Below are positions 27,101 through 41,992 of a stretch of 64,000 bases of DNA, in pieces. The notes under the pieces are model-generated. The model ran no database searches. It saw nothing but the letters and a program-made list of their open reading frames with translations, and was not told the origin of the DNA. The DNA comes from Daphnia carinata (Eukaryota), in assembly GCF_022539665.2 (NCBI RefSeq), contig NC_081332.1, forward strand, positions 3,906,001 to 3,970,000, read 5' to 3'. The translations under genes were made by a program, and so were the position numbers. How positions within the stretch are numbered: position 1 is the stretch's first letter; each line of letters starts with the position of its first letter.

Positions 27101-29515
27101 AAACCTGGTCCCGTACAACCGGCGAAGCCTACTGTGTCGTCTGCTGCTTCCACAGCAGCCACAGTAACGTTGAGCTTGAGTCCAAATCAAACCAAAAGAC
27201 CTGGTCGACTGGTTACAGCCACCACTTCAATGGGGCGTACCGTTACGATTCCTACAGTTTTCACTGCGACAAATCAATCAGCAAATAAGCCCCCTGTGTC
27301 TGCATTACCACCTGGGAGTGTCGACTATTTCATGCCTCGAGGAGTCAGTAAACGCAAAGCACAAACCTTTAAAGCTTCCAAAGTTAACGCTTCCAATCCG
27401 AATTCCATCGATGTGGAACCGGCGCCACCTGAAGAGACGCAGGTAATACGATGTCTTTCATTTTTAATTTCGTGAAAACTGTAAAATTTATTGGGATAGG
27501 TTAAACTGGCAATGGGAGGTGACACGGTAGAAGATGACGATCTGCATAAGGATGATGACGATTTCAATCGAGCCGTTCTATTACAAGCCCGGCAACGCCT
27601 ACAGTCAGAACAAGGCACGAATTATAGGTTTGCAGGTCGTTCATCCTCTTCAGTCCATCTCTCATTACCGGCAGGAGCGGCGAAGGGAGACGAAGAAGAT
27701 GTTACTCCTGCAAAGAGAGTTCGGCTATCCTTTCCCCCTGAAAAATACGCCAATTTAGAGAGCATCAGTTCATCGTACATGGCCGAACTTCAAACCCCCA
27801 AATTGACTTACACGTACTATAAATAATTAATCAATGCCTAGTCAAGTCTTTAAACAAAATCTTTTGAATTTTTCCTAAGGATTCCTCGAACTCGGCAAGT
27901 TCGACCGAAAATCATGAAGGAGGCAGTTAGTATTGACAATGCGCCTAAACCAGAAAAAGAAATAACTGTTCGTCTGCCATGGATGGATGAAGAAGAAGAC
28001 CTGAAACGAAAACGCACGCCTCCACGCATCATCCGCCAAACGGTTGCGGCGGAACCGAAACCCAAAGAAGTTGATTTATCAGCGTACGACCTAGACCCAG
28101 ACACGGAACAGTCTGATCAAGTGATCGTTATCGGACTGGATGAAACCGGTCAGCAACCATCTGAAGAACAGCTGACGGCCATTATTCAGGTACATTTTTC
28201 TTTCAGAAATTGCTATCGCTTTAACAACAACTCATATTACTCTTTTTTTGCGCAGGCGGCGATGACCAAACGTGAAAATATGGGCTCAGATCGGCCGGCT
28301 TCTTCTCAATCAACGCACCGGTCATCAAATAGTTCCGTAGCGAGTAGCAATATTCACAAAACCTACGCTATGAAGCGTAAAGCAGAAGAAGAGAACGGTG
28401 TTGAAACTGAGGAAAATGGTGTCCGACTCAAGGTATTTCTTATTCTAGTTCTTTCTTAATAAATAAGTGAAATAAAATGTTATCGGATGCAGGTCATTCG
28501 GACGTATGACCGTGGTCTTGGCGCACCGCGTAAGAGGCCGCCTCGTTCAAAGAAGCTTTCAACGTACCTTGAAATCTTCGAATTCGAAGAAGATGAGGAG
28601 GAAGAAGAAGATGAAGAGGAAGTAGATGATCTGGAACGTTTCTCACAGGCCCTGGTCGATGAGGAAAATGCCATAAGAGAAAAGGAAAAGACGGTCTATT
28701 CAAAAAAGCCAAATATGTCACCATCTAATAACATCGATGCTTCAACCTCGGCTTTCTCTCGTGGTCGAGGAAGAGGCAGAGGTCGTGCCATAAGCCATGG
28801 TAGTTCACTGCGCCAAATGCAGGATGGGCCCGGCACCGCTGTCTCTCCGACAATTAGAGGAGCGCGTTCACGAGGAAGACCGCCCCGTGGGTCAAAGATT
28901 TCCTTACGTAAAGGAACAGATTCTACAGATAACAATGACGCCACTAAAGAGGCATCCTCGGAAGATGATTATGGCGCCTTCGAGGACGACGATGATGATT
29001 ACAAGCCTAGAGGACGTGGCCGTGGTCGAGGCAGAGGTCAGAGCCGTGGAAGACGGTAATAAATAAGTTTCATTATCTATGCGCAGTTAGAGATATGCCT
29101 GGAAGAAATTCTTATGATAATTGGTTTCGAAATATTTCCAGGGGTCGGCCTCGATCGGTATCGAAAGAAGAACCGATTGACGCTCAAGACGAAGAAGAGG
29201 AAGAAGAGGAAGCTATGGTTCCTGGCATGCCTTCCAAACCTTGTCCGCTGTGTGAAGAACGGTTTACCACCCGGGAGGGATTCCTGGAGCACATTGTTAT
29301 TCATTCAAGTAAAGTTATCTCGATGAGGCTATTCTGTATATGTCTATATCTTTTGCTTTTAAATGTCAGGTGCCAAGTGTTTGATGGAACTTTGCGAATG
29401 GACGAATCCAATTGCAAAGGAGAAGACGCGCATGAATCGGGAACAGTTGAAGCAACACATGTTGAATGCCCACACCGAGTCCATCCCGACAGCTCGCACC
29501 GCTGCCGCTCACTGA
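24169..29515 (+). CDS. Large acidic, mostly disordered nuclear protein with RG repeats, AT-hooks and two C-terminal C2H2-type zinc fingers
   Basis: Chain of ORFs joined by roughly 60-85 nt GT-AG introns. AT-hook-like RGRPPR and GRPRS; fingers CPLCEERFTTREGFLEHIVIH and CLMELC...LKQHMLNAH; stop TGA at 29513-29515. Confidence 0.75.
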
Positions 29516-30543
29516 AAAGAGTGGTGTGCAATTTGTACAAAATGAGCCAACTTTTAGTTCTCATCCATGCAAGCCATACCGCCTTTTTCCTGCTACTCTT
29601 TATAGGGAGGTATATCGTAATCTCTCATTCTTCAGTGTAGCTATCTCTAATTTTGTTTTCAGGTTTGAGTTTGTTTCCCTTTTGTTTGGTGACGTGGATA
29701 ATTATTATTTTTCTTCTGACCCTTCTCCTCACATGAAGCGCAATCAATTTTATGAGGTTGAAACAGTTACTACTAATACACACCCAAGTCAAATGAAGAA
29801 ACCAGAGGTAAATAGAAGTTCGTAAGATTTCGGATCGGGTTGTCAGTGCAAGAAAATATTCAGCAGGTATTTGTCTAATCAAATTTTTTGTTTAAACAGT
29901 CTAGTGTGTATAGTCCACATTTTACATTCCTTTTTTTGTTTCCTAAAAGTAAAATAACCCACACGTTTCAGTAGAGGGGAAAATCAGACGTAACCGAAAA
30001 GAAAGCGCAGAAAAAGAAAAAGGGCGTATTGCATCAAAGTCAAACGGATTGGTTTGACGCATACGCAATAGAGTTGGGAAAGAGAAAGAAGAGTGACTAG
30101 CCCAAACAGCTACATTGCTTACTCTTTTCCCCCACACTAGTTCGATTTCTACTCAAAAGAAACATCCACCAGACAGAAAGACGAGAGAAAGGGGAGAAGA
30201 ATACAAAGGCTTTTTGCCTTCTGATCCGTCGTCACGCCCTTCCACATTATAAACGATAAAAATCTTCATTTTCTCTAAATATAGAATTCGTCTTGACGAG
30301 CGACGGAAAGGTATTAATTACAACAACAGGGGAACAACGTGAAAGACAAGAGAGTCCAGTTAGCCACAAGAAGGAGAAAGAAAAAAAAACTGATTTGGTC
30401 TCGCAGCCACCCGAGACAAGATATCACAGCTGACCGAAACACACACACACACACAATGTTGCAGACAAATTTTTGCATGACATAATTGCGATAGATTTTT
30501 TTTTCTTTTTTTTGTAGGAGACAATATTTCTCGAAGTATTATT

Positions 30544-33108
30544 TTAGCGGCTGGAGAAGCGTGGGCTGGACGGGCCGCGCGTAAACGACTTCCATTCGTA
30601 AGAGCTCTCGGCAATATGTGCCGAGGCCGTGTCGACATCCGACTTGCGCAGTACAATCATACGAATGTCAGTGTGCAAGTGGATTCGACCGGACTTTGAA
30701 CTGCGGAACCTGATGAAGTGGTAAAATATTATTATTTAACCAGGATTGATTTTTTATTAATTGATAAGTGAGCTGGATACCTGAGATGAATGAGGTAGCG
30801 GAGCCATTTGGCGGACACGGGAGATGCATCCGTCTCGTGTGATGGCATGAAAAAGGTCCGCTGGCGAAGAAATGTCTCTGAATTGGGAGGCATTTCTGTG
30901 AGGTCAAAGAGAATGACAAACATCTTCACAACCGTTCCCTGTGGATTGAACAGTGTCAGCTGCACAGTTCCCCTTCTCGGCACTTGGTATCTGCAGGTAA
31001 CAAACGAAATTGTTTAATTCATTTGATCTCCGGGTACTTGTTGATAATAATTTATACCCTTTAGCGCCTAGATTTAAATGGGCCAAATATGGAGAAGCGG
31101 ATTTATCCGATTCGCCAAGACCTCCAATATTGTAGAAGAAAACGCTGACGGGTAGCAGTTCGTGAGACGGACAAAACGAGCCGCTAGCGCCCAGTTCAGC
31201 GCCGAATCCTTCCACAGTTGACATGGGTTCCAGTCGTCCGTTTAACAAACATTCCTGGTGTACGAAACATGGAAAATGATGGTACATAACAGTACACGGA
31301 TGCCACGATAAGAAATTATTTCTAACCTCAAAGCTGCCAAGAAGAGGCGACGAAGACATACGTAGCGGAGGTGATCGGAGGAATTTGTTGAGCGGAAATC
31401 GTTGGCCTAGTCGGGGAGTTTTGGAATCAGTTCCGGAGGTACATGTCGTCGTATGGAACAGCAAAGAAGCCGCAGAGTTAAGCGACCGCTGAAAACGCAG
31501 TTTGTCATCCGTTGTTGGCACATTCTTTCCTGCCTGAAGAACTGGAGCCATTTCCGGCTCTTTTGACTCCGCTTCAATAAGTAATTTATCAGCAAAACAG
31601 TCTTTACGAGACCGTCGACTCCGGCCTCGTTCAGTCGGCCCGGGTTCTCGATCCAGTCCACGTCGCCCTCGCTCCAAGTCATGGCCCCATCGATCACCGT
31701 GACCCGCCGGCAACTTCAAATCGACCACGTCGACGTCCTCTTTGCCACATTTGCAGTCGTGTTTCCCGATTCGGTTGCAATCGATACGCATCCGATCGTC
31801 CAGTAGTTTCTTTGTACTGCCATTAGAGGGCGGCTGCGGTGGTGCCCTGTACGCCGGATGGAGAAGTCTGATGGATCCGAAAGACGGCGAACTGGATCGC
31901 GAACGGGAACGCTGGAGGCGTTGGAGGCGTAATTGCGCTGGAGGCATATCGAGGAGACCTTCGCCCAGACAACTGCTGCTGTCCTGTTTTGGTTGCAACT
32001 GTCGCTGGCCCACATCCGCATTCTGCTTGGGCGTGATAAAACGGCACTTGCCGCAATGAACATGCGGAATTACATCCGTCCTAGGAAGCGAGCTGACGGA
32101 AACCTACAGGAAGAAAATTATTACGATGGTTAATTCAGTTCCGGAAACAAGAAAAACAGAAGAACGGACTTTGATTGCATGTGTGGCTAGTCGGCCAACG
32201 TGTGCCAAGGGGAAGTGATGCTCGACTGGTTTGGATGCGAATTTGGAGGCAAAAGCCTGGCCGGGCATAGTCACCCGATAGAGCAGCTGCTGGGGACGAG
32301 ATCCGCTGCTCTTATTCAACCAGGCACTCAATTGCGAAAAATGGAGAAAAGAGCGGACGGCCTGGACCAAACAGATGCCAGCAATGCTTGCTTCCCCATC
32401 TCTGATTTCACAAACCAAGACAAAAGTAAGCCAAGTGAACTGGACATATCCGAACGATTCAGTTAAATGCGCGTAATGGTAGCAAATCAGCGAAAGCTTT
32501 TGTGATTCTACGCTTAGCTGTTTTTACAACCAACGTCGTCAAGTATCGTGATTGGAATAGAGAAAACGTGCGAGAGCATACTTTTTTGGCGAGCACGTGA
32601 CGGTCCAACGTTCCAGGAGGAGAAAGTCTGGATCGGGCGTGCACGTTACTTCAACTTGTTTGGCTCGTTGAGAACCGTGGCAACATTCAGGCCCCACCAA
32701 AACCTGCAAGGTCAGAGATCATTTTTCTTTTTCGTCCCTCAAACTTATTTAAAAACCAAGTTTCTTTTTATGTTATCGTACCTCGACGCACAGTGGCACG
32801 CCGTTCTTGCCCAGCAAGGATGCGTGTTTGCGAAGATGTTGGAATCGCTGACAGTGTAGCTTGTCGGGCGAGCAGACATGCTGGCCGGGCCGGCTTCCAT
32901 TATTGTTGTGATGATTGTTGTTGTTGTTGTTGTTTGTATTGCTGCTGAGCTGGGCGTGACTGAAGTAAGGTGGGCAATGGGGGCCCTCTCCGTAACCGCG
33001 CCCGCTATCTCCGCGCCCGGGCACTCGCGCTTCTAATATGAGCGTGCCCAGGTCGCAAAAGACGTCCAACGGATCCGGCTCGTTCTCTTCAGCCAGCCTG
33101 GCATGCAT
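30544..33108 (-). CDS. FAM214: FAM214/Atossa (Atos) family protein
   Basis: N-terminal LGTLILEARVP and PLCVEV. C-terminal LLGSFE, CLLNGRLEP, GASGSFCP, GTVQLTLFNPQGTVVKMFV, TFLRQRT and LRYLIHLRF...LHTDIR. Confidence 0.9.
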
Positions 33109-36100
33109 TCTCGTATCGCAAAACTTTCCCGTTTCTCTCTCGATCAACTTTCCACCAAAAACAGAAAAAGAAAACAAAAGTCTCTGTGTCTAATCCGCAA
33201 TCACTACTCGGTTGGACAGTTCACACGATCGACTGGCCGATGGATAGATGTTGAAACAGCCGCAATCGAGACCAGTCACGTTGTCGTCAAGTCTGGACGA
33301 CAACGAAAACCTCCGAGAACAAATGACCAGGTTGCCGAAATCCATACATGACCAATCCACCTGTAAACGAAACCAGACCGTTATTACGTGATCACAGAAG
33401 AGAATCCCTGCAGACATGAACAATCATTGGAGCCACACTGTGATCACGTGGTTTTCGCAACATCATAATTGTTTTACTTCTATTTGCTTTTTTTTTTTTT
33501 AATGTTCGCTTATCTAGGTGCCATAAGCAGGTGAAGCCAACGACCTCAAATTTTTTTTATCTCTTACAAAAAATTGCAATTTGCAGCTGGTAAAAAAAAA
33601 AAAAAAAAAAAAAGAAAATTATGTATTCATTCAATGTTTTCTTTTTCTTATTTTAACAGAGGAGGAAAGTTCCGGGCCTAAGGTATCAACTGTCGACGCA
33701 ACCAAAAACTGTTTTGGATGACGTCCAAGTTTTTGGCTGACGTCATCGCTTAGCTCTACACTTGCTGATGCACGCCCACGTAGGAGCCATGGCGTTCAGG
33801 TCTGTCGTAATTGCAGAAATATGATACGGGGAGAACGAAGAAAAACATCCGGTTAACTGTGCCAATTTTTCACTTCTAAATTGTCAGTTATTGCTGTTTT
33901 TTTTTTCTTTGTTTGTAGATGGCAATCGTGAATACTACAGGAACAGCAGCAGGATATGCTTTAATAGGATGGAAATGAGACGACCGCTAGGTGGCCTGAA
34001 CTCTATCAAATAACGACGTCCATGGACGCTCCAGTGACGTAACTCTCTCTTGTTCCTATCGCGTTATCCTTAATATTTCCATCCATTTCTTTTTTCTCTC
34101 TCTTTCCCTCTCTCTATTTCTCGTTCAGGTTGGAAAGAAAGTCGCATCTGTTATCTGTGGCCGGGCGGAAACCAGCACCTTTTCGTAGTCGTGTCGACAA
34201 CCGAAAAGAAAGGGAGAGAGACAAACCTAATTTCACCGTACTTTTTGGCACAAAGCAATCATTCTTGCTCTCCTCTCTCTTTGGTCTTTCAATTCGTTCC
34301 CTTCTTTCAACCGTTCAAGGCTTTCATCAGCCGTTGCTTGCTACCGACCATTCGTCGGTCGACTATTTTAGGTTCGTCCTCGTCTCTCTTTTTCCTTCTT
34401 TTCCTTTCTTAAACGAGAAAAAAAGAAAGGCTGTGGGATCCCGTTCGCGTTCTCGGCCTCTCTACAGAGCGTACAGAATCTAGGGAACAAAATAAAGTGT
34501 GGGTTTGCGTTTTAGCGTGCAGCTGCTGTTGGCAAACAGTAGGCCTCCACCTTTCCCCCTTCAAGTTGAACGAACCTGATGCCAACAACTCACGTGATTC
34601 TATCGCACGCCCCTCTATCATTGCTGTTTTGTTTTCGATTCTAAAGCTCGACAGCTCCGCCTCTTTTGGAATACGAAAGGCTGAAAGGCGGGGCTCGAAG
34701 ATCTGGTCGGTAGCTCAGGTCGCGATTACCTAACCCAGTCCCGAGGCCAGAACAAAAACGAGTCGAGCTTCGTCAACAAGAAAAATGAAAACAAAAATAC
34801 GGCGTGAGAGCCACGTGAACAGAATTTTATCTACTTGGATAACAAAGACCCGGACATTTGGTAAACATTAAATCTTTGAAAAGTTTTCGATTCAACAATT
34901 CCCGAACATCTCCAATGAGCGTCAAGAGAGAGCTACTAAATAAGGCAAAGAAAAATGGTTTCATTTTTTTCGAAATCAAAACTTTCTCTCAACCCCGACT
35001 TGCAAGTAAAATCGACTATTCATGAGTTAACCAACTAACCCTCAATTGTTTTGAAGCAAAGGATACTTAAAAAGAGTCTGAGAAAAGGTGTCAGTCCGCA
35101 TGTAACGGTAATTTGGTCGCCTTAGCAACTGCGGTCCTTGTATCCGGCATTGATAATAGGCCATTGATTTTTTTTTTTTTTTTGTCTTTCCTTCTTTTCC
35201 CCTTTTCTCGTTGGGTTTTTAAAGAGCAAAGAAAGAGGATGGCAGGAAACGCACAATAGCTCATGGCTGATGTCCTCGACTCTGTTTGGTTTGGGGGGCC
35301 TCGACGATGAAGCAAGAGATCAGTTGGGTCCACAACGGCTCGGGGCGAAATAACTGGCCCTGCATGCGGCACGGGGGCAAGAAACAAAGAGAGGGCAGCA
35401 ACAGCGGATCAGCTGATGCGCACCTCGTCATCGTCGTTTAAAGGGAAAAAGGCTTTTTTCGGGGGAGGTCTCCATGTGCCAGCTGCCAAAACTAGTTCTT
35501 TGTTACTGAGGGGGTCGAACCGAAAGTTTAACTAAAAGGGAATATATACAGGTTGAACCAAATAAAAGTACCAACGTCACAGATATTCAAAGTGGGTCTT
35601 TGCTGGTATTGATTCTTTTTATCAATTGGTGGGTGAAAAAGGGGTTTGTCGTGCATTTTATTTCGGGATAAACAGTTGCGCACAGGCTCTTTGTCACTCG
35701 ACGAAACGTCAATACTGAAACAGAGTGAGAAAACTATGATAATTTTGAAAGATTACACTCCGATATGTTCTTTTACAACGTCTGTGGGTTTTTTAAGCAC
35801 TTTCATAGTTTAAAGAAACGTCGACTTCAATATCCAAGGTTATATACTCCCGATCGTATGCCTTCCCTTCAAAGCTCGAGCAGGTTCTCACTTTAAAAGA
35901 CAAACGTTGGCAAAAGAGATCCATCAAACAAAGAACAAATATTGATGCTAACTATTTTCAATAGATCTACGAGTCTACCCCTAATGCTGATGCAAGTCGC
36001 AATCGATAAAAAAGATAGAAAATCTACTTAAAATAGGTAAAATGTATACAAAGGACTCTTACTGCGCTTTCGTCCGTACACGTCTGGAACTTCCAACTTT

Positions 36101-36406
36101 GTCCGTGTCTTGAATCGCACTGACCTGTTTCTAAGAGCAGACGATAGGTATCCAAATCGATTACCATTACTTGAAAAGTTAGAACAAATTTTACCGCGTG
36201 GACTTCTTTTTATATAATAACGATTTACAAAAAGTCTAATAGTTTTATAGATATTTTGTTTTGTTTGTCTCGCGGAAATATCAAAGTTTATTTATGTATT
36301 GCTAAATGGCACCTTCGTCGGAGGTTGTCATAGGAACGTAGTGCAATGTTGTTTTGGTTGTTGGAGGGAGAACATGGAGCAGACTTGTTCCATTTTTGGA
36401 GGAAAC

Positions 36407-38460
36407 ATGAAAAGATCTAAATACGAAAGCATTATTAATGCTGCCGGTAGACATCTTTCAAAGCGGAATTGCACAGTATCTGATCCATCCTGTTTTCTTC
36501 TTTACTCTGATGGCTGACACTGTGTTTCTCTATACAGGATTCTGATGTTCTTAAAAAGAGCAAGTTAAAGTTGAAGCAGACCGCCGAACAATTTGAAAAC
36601 TCAGCAATATGGAGTCAGAAGATCATTTCCATACAAAATTTCAGCCTAACTGAACAAGAAGCAGATCTTCAATTCTCAAAGTAATATAATTCTGGAAATT
36701 TTATATGGTTTATTTCTAATCTTGTATGGGATATGTTTTAGACTGAAGGCATGGGTGGAATCTCTAGATGATGGTGCTCGAATTGAAATAGATGAAATTC
36801 TTTTTCCTGCATTTATTTCACTATATAGAAAACTTAATGTCAGTGGCAACACAAGCGGAGCAAGAGGGTTTTACACCCGCAACCAGTCAAACTTTTTCAA
36901 AGTGCCTGAACTCCGGAAAATGGCTGAAAGATTTTGTTCTGAAAATACAAGGTAAAATGCAATTTTCACAGTATTTACCTGCTAACTTTTCTACATGACT
37001 ACTTTTTCAGTCATTTTATTCTGGAGTTGTCCCAAGAACCATATGAAATACTTCATAGTTATATTGGAAGCAATGAACACCCGTTTTTGCAACAACTACT
37101 AAACACCACCTTGGAGATCAACATCATGAAAACGAAAATCGACTCGAGCGATCCCTCTCAAACAATTTCGAAGTCACAGGTAAGCAATTTTTCTTTAGTA
37201 TTTCAAGTTCATGTTCATTTAGGAATCACTAACTCTAATTAAAAATAGGAGGACTCGTCAAATATGGAAGAAGTGCAGGATTTGATGGCTGCCATTTCTC
37301 GATTGGAAGAACTTCCACCCACTGCCCCGTTATTGAAGTTATATTCCATCGACACAGGACAAAGGAGAATGAGTGCAGCCTCTGCTTCACCTTGCCAAGG
37401 CTATCTCTCCTGTGGGTTTCAAGATTCATCCGTGGCAATCTGGGATGTTAAAGAACTCCGATCTCTGTCCGTCTCGAATGTTAATCGATCAAATCTCTCT
37501 GAATCCTGCGCCATCGGCCTTTATCATCCCGTTGCTTCGCCATTAACATTCCCACTGGAACCGGATTCTTCCCTTTCTATATGTTTGGGACATTCTGGTC
37601 CTGTGTATGCCACGCAGTTCACGCCTAATAACACTCACATGCTTAGCTGTAGCGATGACACGACGTTAAGGCTTTGGGATATGTCATCCATGGAAAATGC
37701 AGTAGTGTATCGAGGACACACTTACCCCGTGTGGGCCATGGATATCTCGCAACAGAGCCAGTACTTTGCGTCTGCATCCCAAGATCGTACTGCCAAAATT
37801 TGGATGTTTGATCGCACTTTCCCCTTGCGGATTCTAGCCGGCCATACTGCCGATGTTGATGTATAATCGTTTTTTTTCTTTAAATTTTTTATGTGAAACT
37901 AATTTTCCATGTTTTTCTTACAGTGTGTGACTTTCCATCCAAATGGACTTTACTTGGCTACGGGTTCTGCTGATAGTTCCGTCCGTATGTGGCATGTCAC
38001 AGAAGGCAAAACAGTTCGCATATTGGTTGGCCACCGTGGCACAGTTTTAGCCGTTGCTTTCAGTCCTTGTGGAAAGTTGTTAGCTTCAGCTGGTAGTCTT
38101 ATAGATGCTATCACTATCCTGTGCTTATTCATTTGCTTTCTGTCATGTTCTTTTTTCGTTTTTTATTTAGGTGAGGATCATCGCGTTAAGGTTTGGGATG
38201 TTGCTGCTGGGTCTATCCTTCATGACTATGCTGGCCATCACGATGTCATCCATGGATTAGTCTGGATCTCTGAGAGTGTTCTTGCGTCATACAGTGCTGA
38301 CGGTAACATACGGGTCTGGAATGTTACCCAGCATTCCGTTCCTTCATCGCAACTATCACAGCAAGAGATTGCATCGTATTCAGTGTCGTCACCCACGAAA
38401 ATCGTACACCTTGGTCGTGGTAACCAATCAACTTTGGTCTGCATCGCTGCTTCGGATTAA
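36407..38460 (+). CDS. TAF5L: TAF5-like WD40 SAGA subunit (TAF5L/wda)
   Basis: N-terminal MKRSKYESI...HLSKR, then WD40 repeats GHSGPVY, YRGHTYPVW, FASASQDRTAKIW, PLRILAGH and FHPNGLYLATGSAD. Confidence 0.88.
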
Positions 38461-38869
38461 GCTACCTGTAAATATTTATCTTCTTATATTTTTTCTCGGT
38501 TTAGTGTTTTTAGTGTCCCAGAAATTCATCAAACACAGTTAATTTCTGTGGAAGTTTATTCTCGTATCCGATGAAAAGTTCATTTATTTTTTCATGTCCT
38601 GCTACAGTAAAGCACCCTATACCTTGATAATTAATGGGTTGGTGGGTGGCTATAAAAACTTTTCGACGCTCGGTTTTTTACACGCGCACGCACAAGTGAA
38701 AGAAAACAAGGGGTATCCTCAAACATGTATAACACAGTCCCAATGACAGTTTTGTTTTTCGACTCGGGCAAAAATGATGAAATTTCTATCAAGTCGTTGA
38801 CATCCTTTAACTGACTGTTGCACAGTTTCGACGCCTGAAAAAGAACTTCCAAAAATCCCTAAAAATGAC

Positions 38870-40897
38870 TTATCGACGATAGCGATTTTTCAGAGCTTTC
38901 AAGGTCTTTTGCATCAATGGTGCAACCTTTGGTTTCTTGGCCGCAGCTTAAAGGAAGAAAATAAATATTAATCTTATGTCATGTTCTGAGCTTTTAAAAC
39001 TAGGAGGCTGTATCTTACATGATGAGCTGGACGAGCTGGAAGATCGTGGTGCAGACGACTGCGCCATTTTGACTACTTCTGCCACTGCAGTACTTCCGTT
39101 TGCAGCATGATTAGTGGAGGCTTCAAATGGGCGAGCTCCAGACTTGGCATTTGTCATACTTGCGAGAACTGCGGAAGACCCTGGTTTAACCTTCACGTAA
39201 TTTGAACCATCATTTATGATTTTCAGAAGGAAGAACTCCGAATTTTCAATAACTGACATACCTGACCCAGTTTGCCTCGCGGAGCTTTAGCCACACTTTC
39301 AACGTAAGCCAACTTGGTGGTGCGCTGGGGTGTAGCTTTCGCCATGGATTGCTTGTGATTTATCGTTAGACTCTTTAATCGTGCTTCACGTTCCTCGTGA
39401 CATCTCTGTCGAGCCCCCAAATTCATAAATAGAAAATTTGTAAAGAAAAAAATACGAGTAGGTAACGGACCACGTATAAATCCCGCCAAGTTTCCATTTC
39501 TTCTCGAACTGCTTTCCTGTATTCCTTTTGACAAAGAACCTTCCATAGCTCGTCAGTGTCATCCAACAAATATGCATTGTGATGTTCAAGTAAGTATAAC
39601 TGCTGAGAATTAGCCCTTTCAAGTACGGGTCGGATAAGTTCGTATGGGACTCCTCCTGTGTACTCCAGTGCTGAGGAAGTACGAAAACACAACTTTAAAC
39701 GAAACATAAAAAAAATTGTGATAAGCTATCTTTAACAATGTTACCGTCTATATTTTGTTGCAGAACCCTGATGCAGCTATCGAACAAACTAGGAACATAA
39801 GCCAGACCACTAGAACGATTCCCTGAGAATACTTTCGTTCTACAGATACAAAATAAGTAAATATTAAATTCTTAGACGAGACAAAAAATGAAACTGGACG
39901 TACCTATTTCCTTTTTGCGAAAAACTAAGTGCACTAGTTAAAGCTTCCTCCGAACTTTTTGCTCTGTCTTTGAATGAGGGTAAAGGATCTGCAGCAAATT
40001 TAAGTGGCAGCGGTTTGTAGTGAGGAGAAATTTCGAAATCCGTTGGCCGAATATCCAGAGACTTGGGGGGTGCAAAAATTGGTTTCGATACTATCGATGA
40101 TTCAGGAATCGGCGGCGGCACAAAAGAACTATTTTTCCTCTCTGAACTACGTTTTTCCTTATCTTTACTTTTTTTCTTTTTACTGATAGTTTTAATGCTA
40201 CCGAGAACATCAGCAAAGCTCTGCGTTGGGGTTTCATCACCGTCTTCATCTTCTGCTGTGCTGTTAGAGTCTTCCTGTGAGTGATGTCTCTTTCGGGATG
40301 ATTTGGAGCTTGACTTTGATGATTCACCATCCTTAGAATCCCTATGTTTTTCGGATACCTTGGTTGATTTAGAGGTATGTTTTTCATTTGATTTTTCTTT
40401 TGATGAACTACTTTTGCTTTTTGATGTTGGAATAGGTTCATCTTTAGATTTGTCCTTATGAGATTCCTTTTTTTTCACATCCTTGTCTTTTTTATGCTCA
40501 TTGGGTGACATGTTTAGATTGTCATTTGTTGCTTCTAACTGGTGATGGCTGCTTTCTTCTTCTTGATGATCGGAATCACTTTTATCTTCTGCTGCAACTA
40601 TTTCTTTCCATTTACTGACAAGAGAGCGAGCTTCTTCTCCCACAGCTCCTTCTGCTTTCCTCATGCCATTGATTGTCCGCCCAATACCAGTTGCTTGAAG
40701 ATGTTCAACCCCAATAGGTAGTTTTGTCAATTTGTTCAAACAATGAAGCATCACCTTTAAGTTTAAAATAAATTAATTATCATTAATTTTAAGATTAGGT
40801 GAATGAATGCAACAATTTTTCAACTTACTTTGGAATCTGAACCATACTTCAGGATTTTTCTCTGATAATGCAAGATCTCCTCATTGGTAGATGACAT
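38870..40897 (-). CDS. ELOA: Elongin A transcription elongation factor
   Basis: TFIIS-N domain (LHCLNKLTKLPIGVEHLQATGIGRTIN), BC-box region, LEYTGGVPYELIRPVLERA, TDELWK and the terminal VAPLMQKTLK. Confidence 0.92.
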
Positions 40898-41992
40898 TGT
40901 AGTTCGTAGAACGCAATATGCAACGGTGACTACTTGATTTGCGCTTTTTGATAGACTGGATTGCAAGATTTTCTGCAGTTAGATGGTTATTGTTAACAAA
41001 CGATCATTAATTTCCGGTGCTGACTACTTCTGCATGCGAGAGAGACAAAAAAAAATCTAACTAACGTGTTAAAGAGGTCGGGAAGAAGACAGAAAGAAAG
41101 AACTAGAGAAGGGTAAAAGAGTATTTTCGATGTTTCACCGTTATGAGGCTCGTTGTTTAGGAACGACCCTCAGTATGGCAACTGAACGATAGCCATCTTG
41201 TAGCCATGGTCCTTATTAATATTATGGAGTTGGACCCGAGCTTTACAGTTCCACCACAATTAAACGCAAAGTAGTCAAGATGCATAGGCGAACGTTAGGA
41301 ACAACACACTGCTGCCACGAAGAAAAAGTTACAGTGAATAAATAACAGTTTTGCGTCGTAAAAAGGGACAAATGGCCATTAAATACCATAAAGATTAAGT
41401 CACATTACTGGCAAAGAATATGGCTGATCAAATCAAGAAAATGGTATTAATGAAACTATGAGTTTATTTTTGAACGGCCAAGCACTTCATGAATACATTT
41501 TCTGCGTGAGAAGAAATAGCCGTCAAGTTTTGGAGAAGTCTTGAAACCTAATGAGTGAATATAGCTGGAATTTTTATTAAACATGATAAATGCGTTAACA
41601 ATATCAAACTGCTAGGTTTTGTTTGTTTTTTTCTTTGGTTTCCGAATTGGATGGACGCGAAAACGTTGTAACTAATTTATAAGAAAACGAAAGATAAAGT
41701 GCAGTTTGAAGAAATGGATTGCATTACTCTGCAACCTCAAAATAGTGTGCTATACAACTACTGCGCCAATTCTGAGGTAGGCTACCATAGTCGATTTCAA
41801 GCAGACCGCCTTTTTGGTGTTGACCAATGGCATTATCATACGTGTTTAGGGGGAGCGACTACGTGTCAAAATCTCCAAGAGTTCTCAGACGACGATGCTT
41901 TGATTTCAGGTCGGTCGCTAACCGGCAGTTTTACTTCATTTCTCGTCTTCTAAGTACACAAATTTACGCGTGGTAGAAATATACGTACGGAG

